Below, one piece after another: positions 53,301 through 62,499 of a DNA stretch of 64,000 nt (position 1 is its first letter; the number at the start of each line of letters is the position of its first letter). Source of the stretch: an uncultured virus (IMG/VR IMGVR_UViG_3300042398_000857). Its lineage: Duplodnaviria; Heunggongvirae; Uroviricota; Caudoviricetes. A program made the position numbers and the translations under genes. A model generated the notes under the pieces. That model was not told the DNA's origin, ran no database searches, and worked only from the letters and a program-made list of their open reading frames with translations. Location: IMG/VR virus record IMGVR_UViG_3300042398_000857, one strand, 5' to 3'.

Positions 53301-54271
53301 TATGGTGTACTATAATAGTTAGAACTCACTAATCCCAAATCACCATATTCTGTTGTACAGCCATTCAATGTTATATTTGCACCATAGTTGGCTTTCACAC
53401 CAATATTACAAAATTTTGTAGTACTATCATTGACTTCAAGCGATACATTATATTCAGCAAGGATTCCGATCCCACCCTGGTTTGTTGCTATAAAATGATC
53501 AACAACAACGGTTTTTACATACGATTCACTGGAAATAATTGATCCATCGATATGTATACCCCCTCCACCAGCTGCTTGATCAACACGTTTCAATGTATTA
53601 GGTACATCAGCATCTAATAATGGTATTTTTCGTGGTGAGATCAATTCATTTTGAACTGTTTGGAATGGAACAAATAATGTTCCATCATTCAAAAATGGTC
53701 CTGAAACACTTTCACAACTTTTAATAAGTGGTGGGGTTTTAATAACAATTCCATTAACTATAGAAAATGCATAGGATGGGGCTTTATGATTTTGTACGGA
53801 CAGATTTTCAACAACCGACCCACTATTCAAATAAAATACATTCAATGATGGATTCTGTGGAATTACCACGACTCGTGATTCGTATCCAATAATACTAACA
53901 TTTTCTGGAATTATTAATGGATTATTTTCAATATATACCCCAGCAAATACAATAATAGACGTGCCAGCGGTAGCAACACTTAATGCAGACAATAGTGTTT
54001 GTTTAGGTGATGCTAATGATGATCCTGTGTTACTATCGTTACCATTTTTTGATACAAAAATAACGTTCTTTGTAGGAATAGTATTAGTAATAAGTGAACT
54101 TTGAGGAACCCATGAGGTCTTTCCATCCACGTTCCCAATTAAAATACTATTATTAACTGTTGGTCTACCCAACGCCGGTTGTGCTTGTCCTAACGAAACA
54201 TATTCATATCTGTTTATGGTAAGTTGCGTTGCTGGTACTACTTTTGTTCTTCCACTTAATAAATTAGGCAT
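50393..54271 (-). CDS. Large virion structural protein with beta-helix-like region (1292 aa)
   Basis: FVSKNGNDSN...GVYIENNP, ATKAYVD fibre motif, C-terminal AKY...HDG domain. Confidence 0.75.
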   Translation of the reverse strand: MPNLLSGRTKVVPATQLTINRYEYVSLGQAQPALGRPTVNNSILIGNVDGKTSWVPQSSLITNTIPTKNVIFVSKNGNDSNTGSSLASPKQTLLSALSVATAGTSIIVFAGVYIENNPLIIPENVSIIGYESRVVVIPQNPSLNVFYLNSGSVVENLSVQNHKAPSYAFSIVNGIVIKTPPLIKSCESVSGPFLNDGTLFVPFQTVQNELISPRKIPLLDADVPNTLKRVDQAAGGGGIHIDGSIISSESYVKTVVVDHFIATNQGGIGILAEYNVSLEVNDSTTKFCNIGVKANYGANITLNGCTTEYGDLGLVSSNYYSTPYVDNAIVSQSLFSFLSAISITDGGTDYLVAPEIKIGTEWQAGATVLANTQIYYETRLYLVTTTGILDIISPPIHTSGSENNGGAVLLYTGTVASGYSVISDGSVTNVVITNQGSGYTTIPPIQFVGSSTTAAIAIASISGVSEIPVGSLTQSPITGTAVHFGGNPNYLLITNTTPIIGTNSFIKAYPELPYVLSNWTAKFYFSSVITANSHKFNFVGSGVTYNALPTNNGAANQNNQITENNTGRIYYSSIDQGGTYQVGNVFSINMITNTTTMNASTFNFTNVGAIGPLIRDGVPSGVQLKEISNDIGLISSTGFKDQFTTPTQYAVSKYLENNYLPLVGGGNVQGIVQINDLIFNGNAISSINTDQNLVLNPNGTGVINASNSKITNVIDPTSGQDVATKAYVDQVVGGGQSYPTVNIGNFLISQDTIQNVITNGDMLLSTSGTGSVQVTSTIDSTSPSTGAFKVAGGVGIAKTLYVGYGVHAPTFHGDLNGTALHAADVTNAAQPNITSLGILTSLQVDNISINGNIIKNTVLDTNLKLGITGVGSIIPETTNIINLGSSSFKWNKGYFNDLYGTLKTGSQPYITELSPNVTMYDATVALTPSLSIGYNQDNRLLMMVNQNNNHLQYANFITLSADPIYGDIKFYPNQTYALSVGSTQVSSQLPLVAQSTLRVVDPIISVGPEANTLHTENDVGVKFDTNIDLTAHVVSVVVTSDGTTNTTVVTFNDTVENLGITTNDYITFIGTTPDSLNNSWAISTASPTSTSINITVTFQLGSGVYNLTPTYILLNRTGFFGYRQSSDAFTIIPNATITNNIVTGAIGTIEANVISDNVEITGGTIDNTIIGGTTPAHGSFTIVSSDRYDSTIDVPVINGEPTVVDSFTTSFADMAKYIIKIKDLDATPFSISGQDLLLVHDGTDIFLTEYGIQFTDSIMGFFSATIVDGNVSLIFTPNYTSNMTVSLFRFYS

Positions 54272-57200
54272 TTGCGGTCTCTAATATGCTAAGAGTAACT
54301 TTTAACCCGCTAGATTCACTAGCGTAAGCTACTATACTATCAAATGATTCAATAATCATTTTCCCTTGTATTAATGATGCAGAGTCATTAGGCGGAATTG
54401 AAAATTCCTTAACGATTTCTGTAACAGTATCACCCGATTGATATCCATTTAATGTTGCTGGGTCAGCAAATACTGGTAAATTACGATAATGGGCAAATGT
54501 AACCGTGATTGTGTGGTTAGTTACATTTGATACTTGCGCCATTAATACGATACCAGTAACCCCCGGAGGTGCTGTATAAATTTTTGTTGTATTTGGTGTA
54601 TTTAATGAATCCATATACCCAATAACTTCGGCAATTATATAGTCTTTATTTGCCATTAATAAATTGAATCCCTTAACTATGTCAGTATTAGTTGACGCAG
54701 TTAACCCAATAGGTACCCTTGTTGGTGCCATTGATGGACCAAGATTTATAATTGGATATAATGTATTTGAAATTAAATTATACATTGATGTAACAACTGA
54801 GGTGGTTGATGGTTGCAATGATATAAACATTTGAACATCTGTTTGGTAAGGGGCAGTTACATACTTTGTACCATTTAATTCATTTTGTACAAATGGTTGT
54901 GTTAATCTAGTATTTTGTAACACCCCAGCCATCACAATTCCCATATAGTTATAAGCATTTAATGTATCTGTTTTTTCTGATGCAACGACCGATGTGGTAG
55001 ATGAATTATTATAATAATAAACCCCTGCTTGTATAGCTTGTCTATTACCTGAATGTTCTAGATCAAAACGAATACAATCAACAATGAACCCGATGTCACG
55101 TTTACAAAAATCAGCAGTTGCTGTACCATTACCGGTACCAGCAGTCACTGCAGTAAAAGTGGATCCATGTGTATATGTTATTCCAGTTGTACCAGCAATC
55201 GTATTCCAATCGGTTGTTGTTCCAACGTAATCAACTGTGTAAACGTTACCAGGAATAAACGATCCAGCATCATATCTTGTTACATATGTGAATCCAGATT
55301 GAGTAGTTGTATTAATATATTCAATTACCTCTGCTTTCAAGAAATTTTTATTAGCTAATAATATTTCAAATGCATTAATAGTTGATGTATCAATAGATGG
55401 TTCTAAACTAATTGGTTTAATTTCGGTTGCAGTTGATGGACCATTTAGAATTATATTAGTAATTAAATCAATATTTTTCTCAGCAATTTCAGATTGTAAA
55501 CTAGTTCCGTATGATGTTGTAATCACTTGTTTAACATCATTTTGGTAAATACCGGCAACTGGTTGGCCTTCAATCACCATTTTTACTAGATCTTTCAAGT
55601 AGTTGTAAGCAGATATTGATTGTGAAACTTCATCAGATACCCCATATGATCCATATGAAGAAATATTGGTAGTAGAAACATTTTGATTTTTATTAACGGT
55701 CCAAGTAGTACCACTACCACTAACAATATATGTACCAGCAATTACATTATTACCACTAATGTATTGGCCTTTTGCAATAACTGAATTTGGAGCTAATCCA
55801 CTGATGGTCAACGTAGTTCCAGAAATATAACTTGATGTTGACGAAAATTTTGCAGTAGTTATACTAATAGGGGTGCCAATATTATGAACATTACTAACTG
55901 TCCATGTAGTCCCACTTCCACTGATGATGTAAGTACCATCAGTAATTCCAGATCCAGTTATATATTGTCCTTTAGCAACTGTACCAACTAAGGTTCCACC
56001 AATTGTCAATGTTGTTCCAATAATCATACTTGCAGTTGATGTAAAATATGGTAATAATGGTATAGATGAGATTGCAGTTGTAGCAACGTTCTGTGTATTG
56101 TTGACCGTCCATATCTTTCCAGATCCACCTGTAATATATGTCCCAGAAATAACGTTGGTTCCTTGTAAATATTGTCCAATTGCTATTGTTCCCGAAATAA
56201 CTCCACCCACTGTCAAAGTAGTTCCAGAAATAGTGCTTTCAGTTGATGTAAATTGTCCAGAATTTACCGATAACTGGGATGCATTCGAAAATTCATAATA
56301 ATAAGTTCCTGCTTGGATTGATTGTCTATTTCCACCATAAATTAAATCAAAACTAATACAATCAATAATGTAGCCAACATCACGATAACAATTATCTCTA
56401 TTATATACAAAGTTATACCAGATTGATGCACTAGAGGTAGCAATAGCTATATTATTTGATATCCATGCATCTATTTCTGATTGTACAAATTTTTTATTAG
56501 CCTGAATAAGTGAGTATACGTCAAGCAACAACTCATCAGTAGTAATCAATCCATTGGATATTATTTGGTCAGTTACACCATTTGTACCATTATTAATTAT
56601 CCCAGTAATAATACCGAATAACTCATTAATAGTAGTTGAGTAGGTATCACTTACATACAAAGTAGTATTTGTAATTTGTGTTAATGTATTACCGTTTGAC
56701 GCAGTTATTGATTGGTTAGAAATAATGTCCAGCATCATTGATTTAATATAATCAATTGCTGCAAGTGTTTGGAGGGCTTCTGCAGGAATACTAGTATTCC
56801 CTTGTCCCCAATATTGTAACGCTGAGAAAGTTGATTGGGTTGATCCACCAAATAATAAATCAAATGCCAATGAATCAATAATCAATCCAGTATCTCTGGC
56901 ACATTTTACTTGATCATATTTGTACCCTGTATAGAACATATCATCAACGAATGCTTTTACTTCTTCTTGTAAAAACGCCTTATTACTCCCAAGTAAAGTT
57001 GAAGCATTTAGCATACCTGAATCAGATACTACCATAGAATTTGGTTCAATTTTATTAGTTGTACCTGCTATTCCATTTTCGATAATATCAATAATTAGAT
57101 TAAATTCAGACTCAATGATATCAACCGCTGCATCACTTCCAGCAGTCCCTAACACTTGTGTTTCGGTATTACCAGGAGTTGGTGAAACTAATTCACTTTT

Positions 57201-57458
57201 AGCAATTTTTAATGCTACTTTTTTAGCATGTTCCATCGCTGCAAGTGTTTGAAAAACTTCACCTGGGATTTTTGTTTTACCTTGTGACCAATATTGCACA
57301 GCTGCAAAAGCGGTTTGTGTATTACCACCGTAAAGCAAGTCAAATGCAATTGAATCTATAATCAATCCAGTATCTCTAGCACATTTTGCTTGATTATATT
57401 TCAGTGTTGTTAACACTGATGTTTTTGTTTTAAACGTATTTAATGGTATTAATGCCAT
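54264..57458 (-). CDS. Virion structural protein with four CxRD helical repeats (1064 aa)
   Basis: KCARDTG x2, NCYRDVG, FCKRDIG; three inserted ISGTTLT...SGSGTTWTV beta repeats. Confidence 0.75.
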   Translation of the reverse strand: MALIPLNTFKTKTSVLTTLKYNQAKCARDTGLIIDSIAFDLLYGGNTQTAFAAVQYWSQGKTKIPGEVFQTLAAMEHAKKVALKIAKSELVSPTPGNTETQVLGTAGSDAAVDIIESEFNLIIDIIENGIAGTTNKIEPNSMVVSDSGMLNASTLLGSNKAFLQEEVKAFVDDMFYTGYKYDQVKCARDTGLIIDSLAFDLLFGGSTQSTFSALQYWGQGNTSIPAEALQTLAAIDYIKSMMLDIISNQSITASNGNTLTQITNTTLYVSDTYSTTINELFGIITGIINNGTNGVTDQIISNGLITTDELLLDVYSLIQANKKFVQSEIDAWISNNIAIATSSASIWYNFVYNRDNCYRDVGYIIDCISFDLIYGGNRQSIQAGTYYYEFSNASQLSVNSGQFTSTESTISGTTLTVGGVISGTIAIGQYLQGTNVISGTYITGGSGKIWTVNNTQNVATTAISSIPLLPYFTSTASMIIGTTLTIGGTLVGTVAKGQYITGSGITDGTYIISGSGTTWTVSNVHNIGTPISITTAKFSSTSSYISGTTLTISGLAPNSVIAKGQYISGNNVIAGTYIVSGSGTTWTVNKNQNVSTTNISSYGSYGVSDEVSQSISAYNYLKDLVKMVIEGQPVAGIYQNDVKQVITTSYGTSLQSEIAEKNIDLITNIILNGPSTATEIKPISLEPSIDTSTINAFEILLANKNFLKAEVIEYINTTTQSGFTYVTRYDAGSFIPGNVYTVDYVGTTTDWNTIAGTTGITYTHGSTFTAVTAGTGNGTATADFCKRDIGFIVDCIRFDLEHSGNRQAIQAGVYYYNNSSTTSVVASEKTDTLNAYNYMGIVMAGVLQNTRLTQPFVQNELNGTKYVTAPYQTDVQMFISLQPSTTSVVTSMYNLISNTLYPIINLGPSMAPTRVPIGLTASTNTDIVKGFNLLMANKDYIIAEVIGYMDSLNTPNTTKIYTAPPGVTGIVLMAQVSNVTNHTITVTFAHYRNLPVFADPATLNGYQSGDTVTEIVKEFSIPPNDSASLIQGKMIIESFDSIVAYASESSGLKVTLSILETANA

Positions 57459-57471
57459 GTATTAAATCCTC

Positions 57472-60400
57472 TTAACCTTCAATTGCTAATATAAACGGAG
57501 TTATTTCTGCAAATAAACTTTTTTGGAATGTTCTTCCGCTTAGAACACCAGTTGCCTGACTGATTACCAATCCAGGTCCAATTCTAAAATCACCATTCTG
57601 ATCAGTAGATGTGAAAAATACTTTCCCACCATCCAACATGTTTACTTCATTTGGTTGTTTTGGATCAACTCGACCAACTTGTGGGAGTGCACCATAATTT
57701 GTTCCAGCACCAACATATTCAAATAGGTATCCAGATGCCGACATATAACTTCTTTGGTAAAAATTAACTATCGCACCATCTGGGAATAAATTGTAATCAG
57801 TAACACTATCTTCCAATGTAACAATATGATATGTACCAGGTCTTGAAAAATATGATAATGCTGAGTATACTGCATTATAATTTCCACCAGCCACTAAATC
57901 ATATGCAAGATTAGTACATATTAATGCTACATCTCGTCTGCATTTAGTTGAATTGTAGATCAGTCTATACCAATTTGATTCTGGTATAGCTAATGCAACC
58001 TGTGACTTAATAAAAGCTGTTATTTCTTCTACAAAAAATTGTAAATTTTTCAATATTAATTGTGCAGCATCCCCATCAGATGGTACAACTTGACCAACTT
58101 TAACAGGGGTTGGTGCTGATTCATACCCATTCTTCAATGTATCAATTACTATATTTATCAATGTTTCAACTCTATTAGCTGATGCGGTGCCATCGTATGC
58201 AGTATCCAATACTTGTTCTACATATGTTTGGTTAACTTCAGTTGGAGTATTTGAAATTACATTCAATAGTAATGTACTTAAATACTGCAATGATGCAACT
58301 TCTGGATTATCCGAATCGAGACCAGTATTTGTTGTAATTTGTGCAGTTGGTAGAATACTATCGCTTGCATTAATACTTGTTTTATCGGATCGTAATGACG
58401 GATTATTGGATGGTTCACTTGATAATATAGTATAATATGCCTTTCCGCACGTAAATAAAGTAAAATAACTTGGATTATTTACGTCACCACCAGATAATTT
58501 AACTGGTTTATTAAAATAAATGGTTTCGGGCCCAATGTCACTAATAATTGTTCCATCTTGTAAATAAGGCGTAAATTCATTTGTAACTGGATTTGTTACA
58601 CCATAACTACCATATTGATCTCTAACGTATACTGTTTGACCAATATACATGTTATCAACCTCAATGCCAGACAAAAATAATGATCCAGCAGTAATAGTAG
58701 GAAAAGTAATAGTTGCTGTTAAAAATCCCGATTTTCCTTGTGCATTTACATAAGTAATAGGTGGTTCTACTTCCATCATTAGCGCAATATGTGGTCTATT
58801 CGCAGTATCTGGAACAAATACGCACACTCTTTGTTTGTACGGAAAGAACCCAGATTGATAATTTATATTATATTCAAATGATTTTGATATATCATTAAAT
58901 GAAGATGCAGACGGATTATATACCGTCCCTGAAAATTCACGCGGTCCATATCCCTTTGAAATCATACAGTATGTCCCAAAGTTGGCGTTTGAGTTTGTGA
59001 TAGAGGCAATACCACCATTATCCGCTTGTACCGCAATTGAGCTAAAAATGGTAAATACTGATACTAACTGAACATATCCACGGTTAGTTACTCGAACCCC
59101 GCGTCCACCCTGATTCACTTGTGTGAAAGCATCTGCTACGAATGATCTAACAGGTGAATTATCAGTAACAACATCACCATCAATTAACATTCCACCCATA
59201 GCACCCCATGGATCACAGCGTCTATTTGCCCAGACATCAGGTATATTTGCGTCAATTAATGGATATACGGTAGTGAAACCAAAGTACAAGGTAGAGAAAT
59301 TACCTATACCAACAGTTGGTTTGTCTAATACAACACTATATTGAGTTCCAGTTTGAAGTGAAACAGACACAACTTTAGTTGATTGTTGAACATTATCCGC
59401 ACTAACCCCAGTTGCAGAAAATAATGCAGTACCAGAATATTTGATTGGTGCTACTTCGACCCCGTTATTAACTATGTTAGAAATAATTTGCATATTTCTT
59501 ACGATAGTTGGTACTGTTATAATTCCATTTGTTAAATTTTCTGTTTCAGTATTAGCTACTACTTTAATTTGTGTTTGATTATTTCCGGTAGTTTTTATAA
59601 CAGTGTCACTTTTAACAATACTTTGTAATACATCAGAAATTCGGGTAAATGCATCAGTACAAATAGTTAATTCAAGTTGTTGTAAAACAAGTTCAGTTGC
59701 TCGATAATATGAAGTACCAATTTCAATTGCACGTGAGTTTCCACCTAACAATATATCTTGAGAAATGGCATCAACTATATATCCAGTATCTCGTTCACTT
59801 TTATCTGGATCATAGATAAATGATGGATATTTTGATGAAATATATGCAGTGATTTCTTTTTGAATAAACACTTTATTCAATTGTATTAATATTTCCGCAC
59901 TATCTAACCCAAATTCTGGCCCAGTGCTATAATATATTGTTGGTGCATTAGCAATATCATCTATAATTTTTTTAATTATTCCAATATTTTTAGTAAACGG
60001 TATCAATGCAATATTACCACCGGTTAAAGTTGGATTAATCCATTGAAGAGTTACATTATCACCAGATACAATATTTGGGGCTTGGGTATTATTTACGATG
60101 GATGCAATCAGAGTAACAATATAATTCAATGCTGACTTAGTTTGTTCTGTTTCACCAGCAATATAACTTACAACACCATTCCAGTATGCAACACCCGCTT
60201 GAACGGATTTTGAATTGCCGCCAAATGTTGTATCAAATAAGACATGCTCTATAATTGTAGCGATATCACGTCTACATTTTTCCCTATCATACACAAAAGT
60301 AGGATATTGTTGAGCAATATATTCTAAAACTTGCTCTTGAATAAATTTAACATTTGCAAGAATTAATGTTCTTGCTGAAAAGAAACCTTGTTGTTGTGGG

Positions 60401-61311
60401 GCTGTATTAATTGACATACCTGGTACAATAGAACCGTATGACACATCAACAGTTATTTCATTTAATCCCTCGGTGAAGGTTGTTGTCCCAATAGCTTCTG
60501 GTACTTGAACTGTTTGATTTGGGATAAACATTGAGCCATCATACAGCCATGGTCCAGTTTGGTTAGTACAGTTCTGAACATATGGTGATTTATATACAGT
60601 AATTTTACCTGTTTTTAATTTATAATTCGATATTGTTGCGGTTGCATTACTAGAAATGGTAATTTGTGTTCCAGAATCAATTGATACCACAGTTGCCCCA
60701 GTTGGTATGAAATTACCAGCATTATCTATGCCTATGATTTCCATACCTATAACAATATTGTCAGTTGAACTAATACCAGTAATATAACTACGTTGATCAG
60801 TGATAGTTCCAGTAAATGAAAATCCATAATTTATTGGAAATGATACTGTATACGCACCACGATCTAAATTAGGATCTACAATACCACTCCTACCATTAAT
60901 AAACTGTAGTTGTGCTAGATAGCATGAGCTATTAACATGGAATAGATCTTGTGTTTTATTAATAGGTTCTAACATGGTTGTTCTTAAATCGCTACCAATT
61001 ACTGATGTATATGGTTTGATAACAATAGGATTATTTTCATAATAATGTCCTGATGCAACTTTAATTGTAGTACCAGGTTGATATAATGGAGATTTAACTG
61101 CACCGCTTACCGTTCTGCAAGCTCTTGTAGGATCTTGTGCTGAACCATCATTAGTATCAGTTCCATCCATAGTTACGTATAATACATTGGTTACTACTGG
61201 CGCTGTACCATATGGCTTTCCATTAACCAAAAAGTCACTATCAATTACTGTTTTACCAGAATTTAATTTAACTATGTAATCGCCTTGGTCAACATTTATT
61301 ACTCTTGACAT
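57472..61311 (-). CDS. Virion structural protein with beta-helix scaffold and three CxRD-type repeats (1279 aa)
   Basis: YVTMDGTD, SPYVQNCT, FTQVNQGG, STDQNGDF; KCRRD x2 and KSERD. Confidence 0.75.
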   Translation of the reverse strand: MSRVINVDQGDYIVKLNSGKTVIDSDFLVNGKPYGTAPVVTNVLYVTMDGTDTNDGSAQDPTRACRTVSGAVKSPLYQPGTTIKVASGHYYENNPIVIKPYTSVIGSDLRTTMLEPINKTQDLFHVNSSCYLAQLQFINGRSGIVDPNLDRGAYTVSFPINYGFSFTGTITDQRSYITGISSTDNIVIGMEIIGIDNAGNFIPTGATVVSIDSGTQITISSNATATISNYKLKTGKITVYKSPYVQNCTNQTGPWLYDGSMFIPNQTVQVPEAIGTTTFTEGLNEITVDVSYGSIVPGMSINTAPQQQGFFSARTLILANVKFIQEQVLEYIAQQYPTFVYDREKCRRDIATIIEHVLFDTTFGGNSKSVQAGVAYWNGVVSYIAGETEQTKSALNYIVTLIASIVNNTQAPNIVSGDNVTLQWINPTLTGGNIALIPFTKNIGIIKKIIDDIANAPTIYYSTGPEFGLDSAEILIQLNKVFIQKEITAYISSKYPSFIYDPDKSERDTGYIVDAISQDILLGGNSRAIEIGTSYYRATELVLQQLELTICTDAFTRISDVLQSIVKSDTVIKTTGNNQTQIKVVANTETENLTNGIITVPTIVRNMQIISNIVNNGVEVAPIKYSGTALFSATGVSADNVQQSTKVVSVSLQTGTQYSVVLDKPTVGIGNFSTLYFGFTTVYPLIDANIPDVWANRRCDPWGAMGGMLIDGDVVTDNSPVRSFVADAFTQVNQGGRGVRVTNRGYVQLVSVFTIFSSIAVQADNGGIASITNSNANFGTYCMISKGYGPREFSGTVYNPSASSFNDISKSFEYNINYQSGFFPYKQRVCVFVPDTANRPHIALMMEVEPPITYVNAQGKSGFLTATITFPTITAGSLFLSGIEVDNMYIGQTVYVRDQYGSYGVTNPVTNEFTPYLQDGTIISDIGPETIYFNKPVKLSGGDVNNPSYFTLFTCGKAYYTILSSEPSNNPSLRSDKTSINASDSILPTAQITTNTGLDSDNPEVASLQYLSTLLLNVISNTPTEVNQTYVEQVLDTAYDGTASANRVETLINIVIDTLKNGYESAPTPVKVGQVVPSDGDAAQLILKNLQFFVEEITAFIKSQVALAIPESNWYRLIYNSTKCRRDVALICTNLAYDLVAGGNYNAVYSALSYFSRPGTYHIVTLEDSVTDYNLFPDGAIVNFYQRSYMSASGYLFEYVGAGTNYGALPQVGRVDPKQPNEVNMLDGGKVFFTSTDQNGDFRIGPGLVISQATGVLSGRTFQKSLFAEITPFILAIEG

Positions 61312-61327
61312 TTATACTCCTTAGATA

Positions 61328-61347
61328 GAGGGTTCTTGCGAACCCTC
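61328..61347 (-). other. GNRA-capped hairpin without U-tract, just upstream of an SD
   Basis: GAGGGTTC-GCAA-GAACCCTC. Confidence 0.55.
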
Positions 61348-61363
61348 AGTTGTTATGTTTTTA

Positions 61364-62326
61364 TTAAGTGTTTGCGATTTGTACGTTTACACCGGTTGCT
61401 AAGTATGGTTGTACTGGATAAGCTTTAGTACCGCTCGCTCCATTCATTGTCCATTCAACAGCTGCACCAGTTGCAAACTCCCAGCCAGAACCACCAGTTG
61501 CTTGGGTTAAAGTTGCTTTATGGGCAGTCAATTTAGTAACATAATAAGTTTTGCTACTTGCATCAGTTGCAATAATATTAGCTTCACCAGCTACTAACGA
61601 TCCAGATGCTTTTGCAACTAATTTAACGACACCAGTATTAGTACCGTCTGTTACTTTATAACGATTGGTAGATACTTGTTTGATAATATCAACTAATACG
61701 GCAGAACCACCGGTTAGATAAGCAGTCATACTGATTGCGTTTTCTTGATTTCCAACTGTACCAACAATACCGGTATCAACTAACATGTTTACAGTTGGCG
61801 TACCTGGTAATGTTGCGGACCCAGCAAATGATGCAGTTGCATCAACTGAGTGTGAATAACCAGAACCTTGTTTTGTAATTGTGATAGATTTAGCACGATA
61901 TGTAATTACAATTGTAGCTAAAGTTCCAGTACCACCGGTAACTGCCTGTGCACCAGCTGCCAATGCAGTGAATGAACCACGGTTAACTGGTGTTAATCCA
62001 GTAATTGAACCAGAACCGTCAACAGTAATACTAAAAGTTGCACTTCCTACACTAACAACATCAGTAACAAGGTATCCGGAACCTGCGTTACCACCAACAA
62101 CTGTTGCACTTAAAACTTCTGAAACAACTGTACCAGTTGCAGTTTCAGCACCTTCTGCCAATAAATCTGGATTACTGAAAGTAATAGTTGGACGAACGGT
62201 ATATGATCCCAATGTGCCCAGTGTAACACTAGCGACTGAAGTACCACCGATGCCAGAATCAGTAGTTGAGGTAGATGAACCGATGTTACGGTTGCCGAAA
62301 TATTTTTTATTTAAAGGTCTTCCCAT
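61364..62326 (-). CDS. Virion structural protein, possibly capsid decoration (320 aa)
   Basis: MGRPLNKKYFG start, T/G-rich, immediately after the major capsid gene. Confidence 0.65.
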   Translation of the reverse strand: MGRPLNKKYFGNRNIGSSTSTTDSGIGGTSVASVTLGTLGSYTVRPTITFSNPDLLAEGAETATGTVVSEVLSATVVGGNAGSGYLVTDVVSVGSATFSITVDGSGSITGLTPVNRGSFTALAAGAQAVTGGTGTLATIVITYRAKSITITKQGSGYSHSVDATASFAGSATLPGTPTVNMLVDTGIVGTVGNQENAISMTAYLTGGSAVLVDIIKQVSTNRYKVTDGTNTGVVKLVAKASGSLVAGEANIIATDASSKTYYVTKLTAHKATLTQATGGSGWEFATGAAVEWTMNGASGTKAYPVQPYLATGVNVQIANT

Positions 62327-62447
62327 TTGATTGTCTCCTATGACGTTTTGGGTCTACGCAGTGGGGTACTGCATAAATCTTGAATTATTTCAAGACATAT
62401 TAATAGACAATGTATTTATCCAAAATACAATAATAGTATTTAGATAA

Positions 62448-62472
62448 TAAAAAAGGGCACCTAAGTGCCCTT
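62448..62472 (-). terminator. Intrinsic terminator after the major capsid gene
   Basis: AAGGGCAC-TTAG-GTGCCCTTTTT. Confidence 0.85.
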
Positions 62473-62499
62473 CCTTATAAGTTACACTTAAAGTATAAA

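Noticed and set aside
43626..62330. Many plus-strand Val/Pro-rich ORFs
   Set aside because: Antisense shadows of Thr/Gly-rich structural genes
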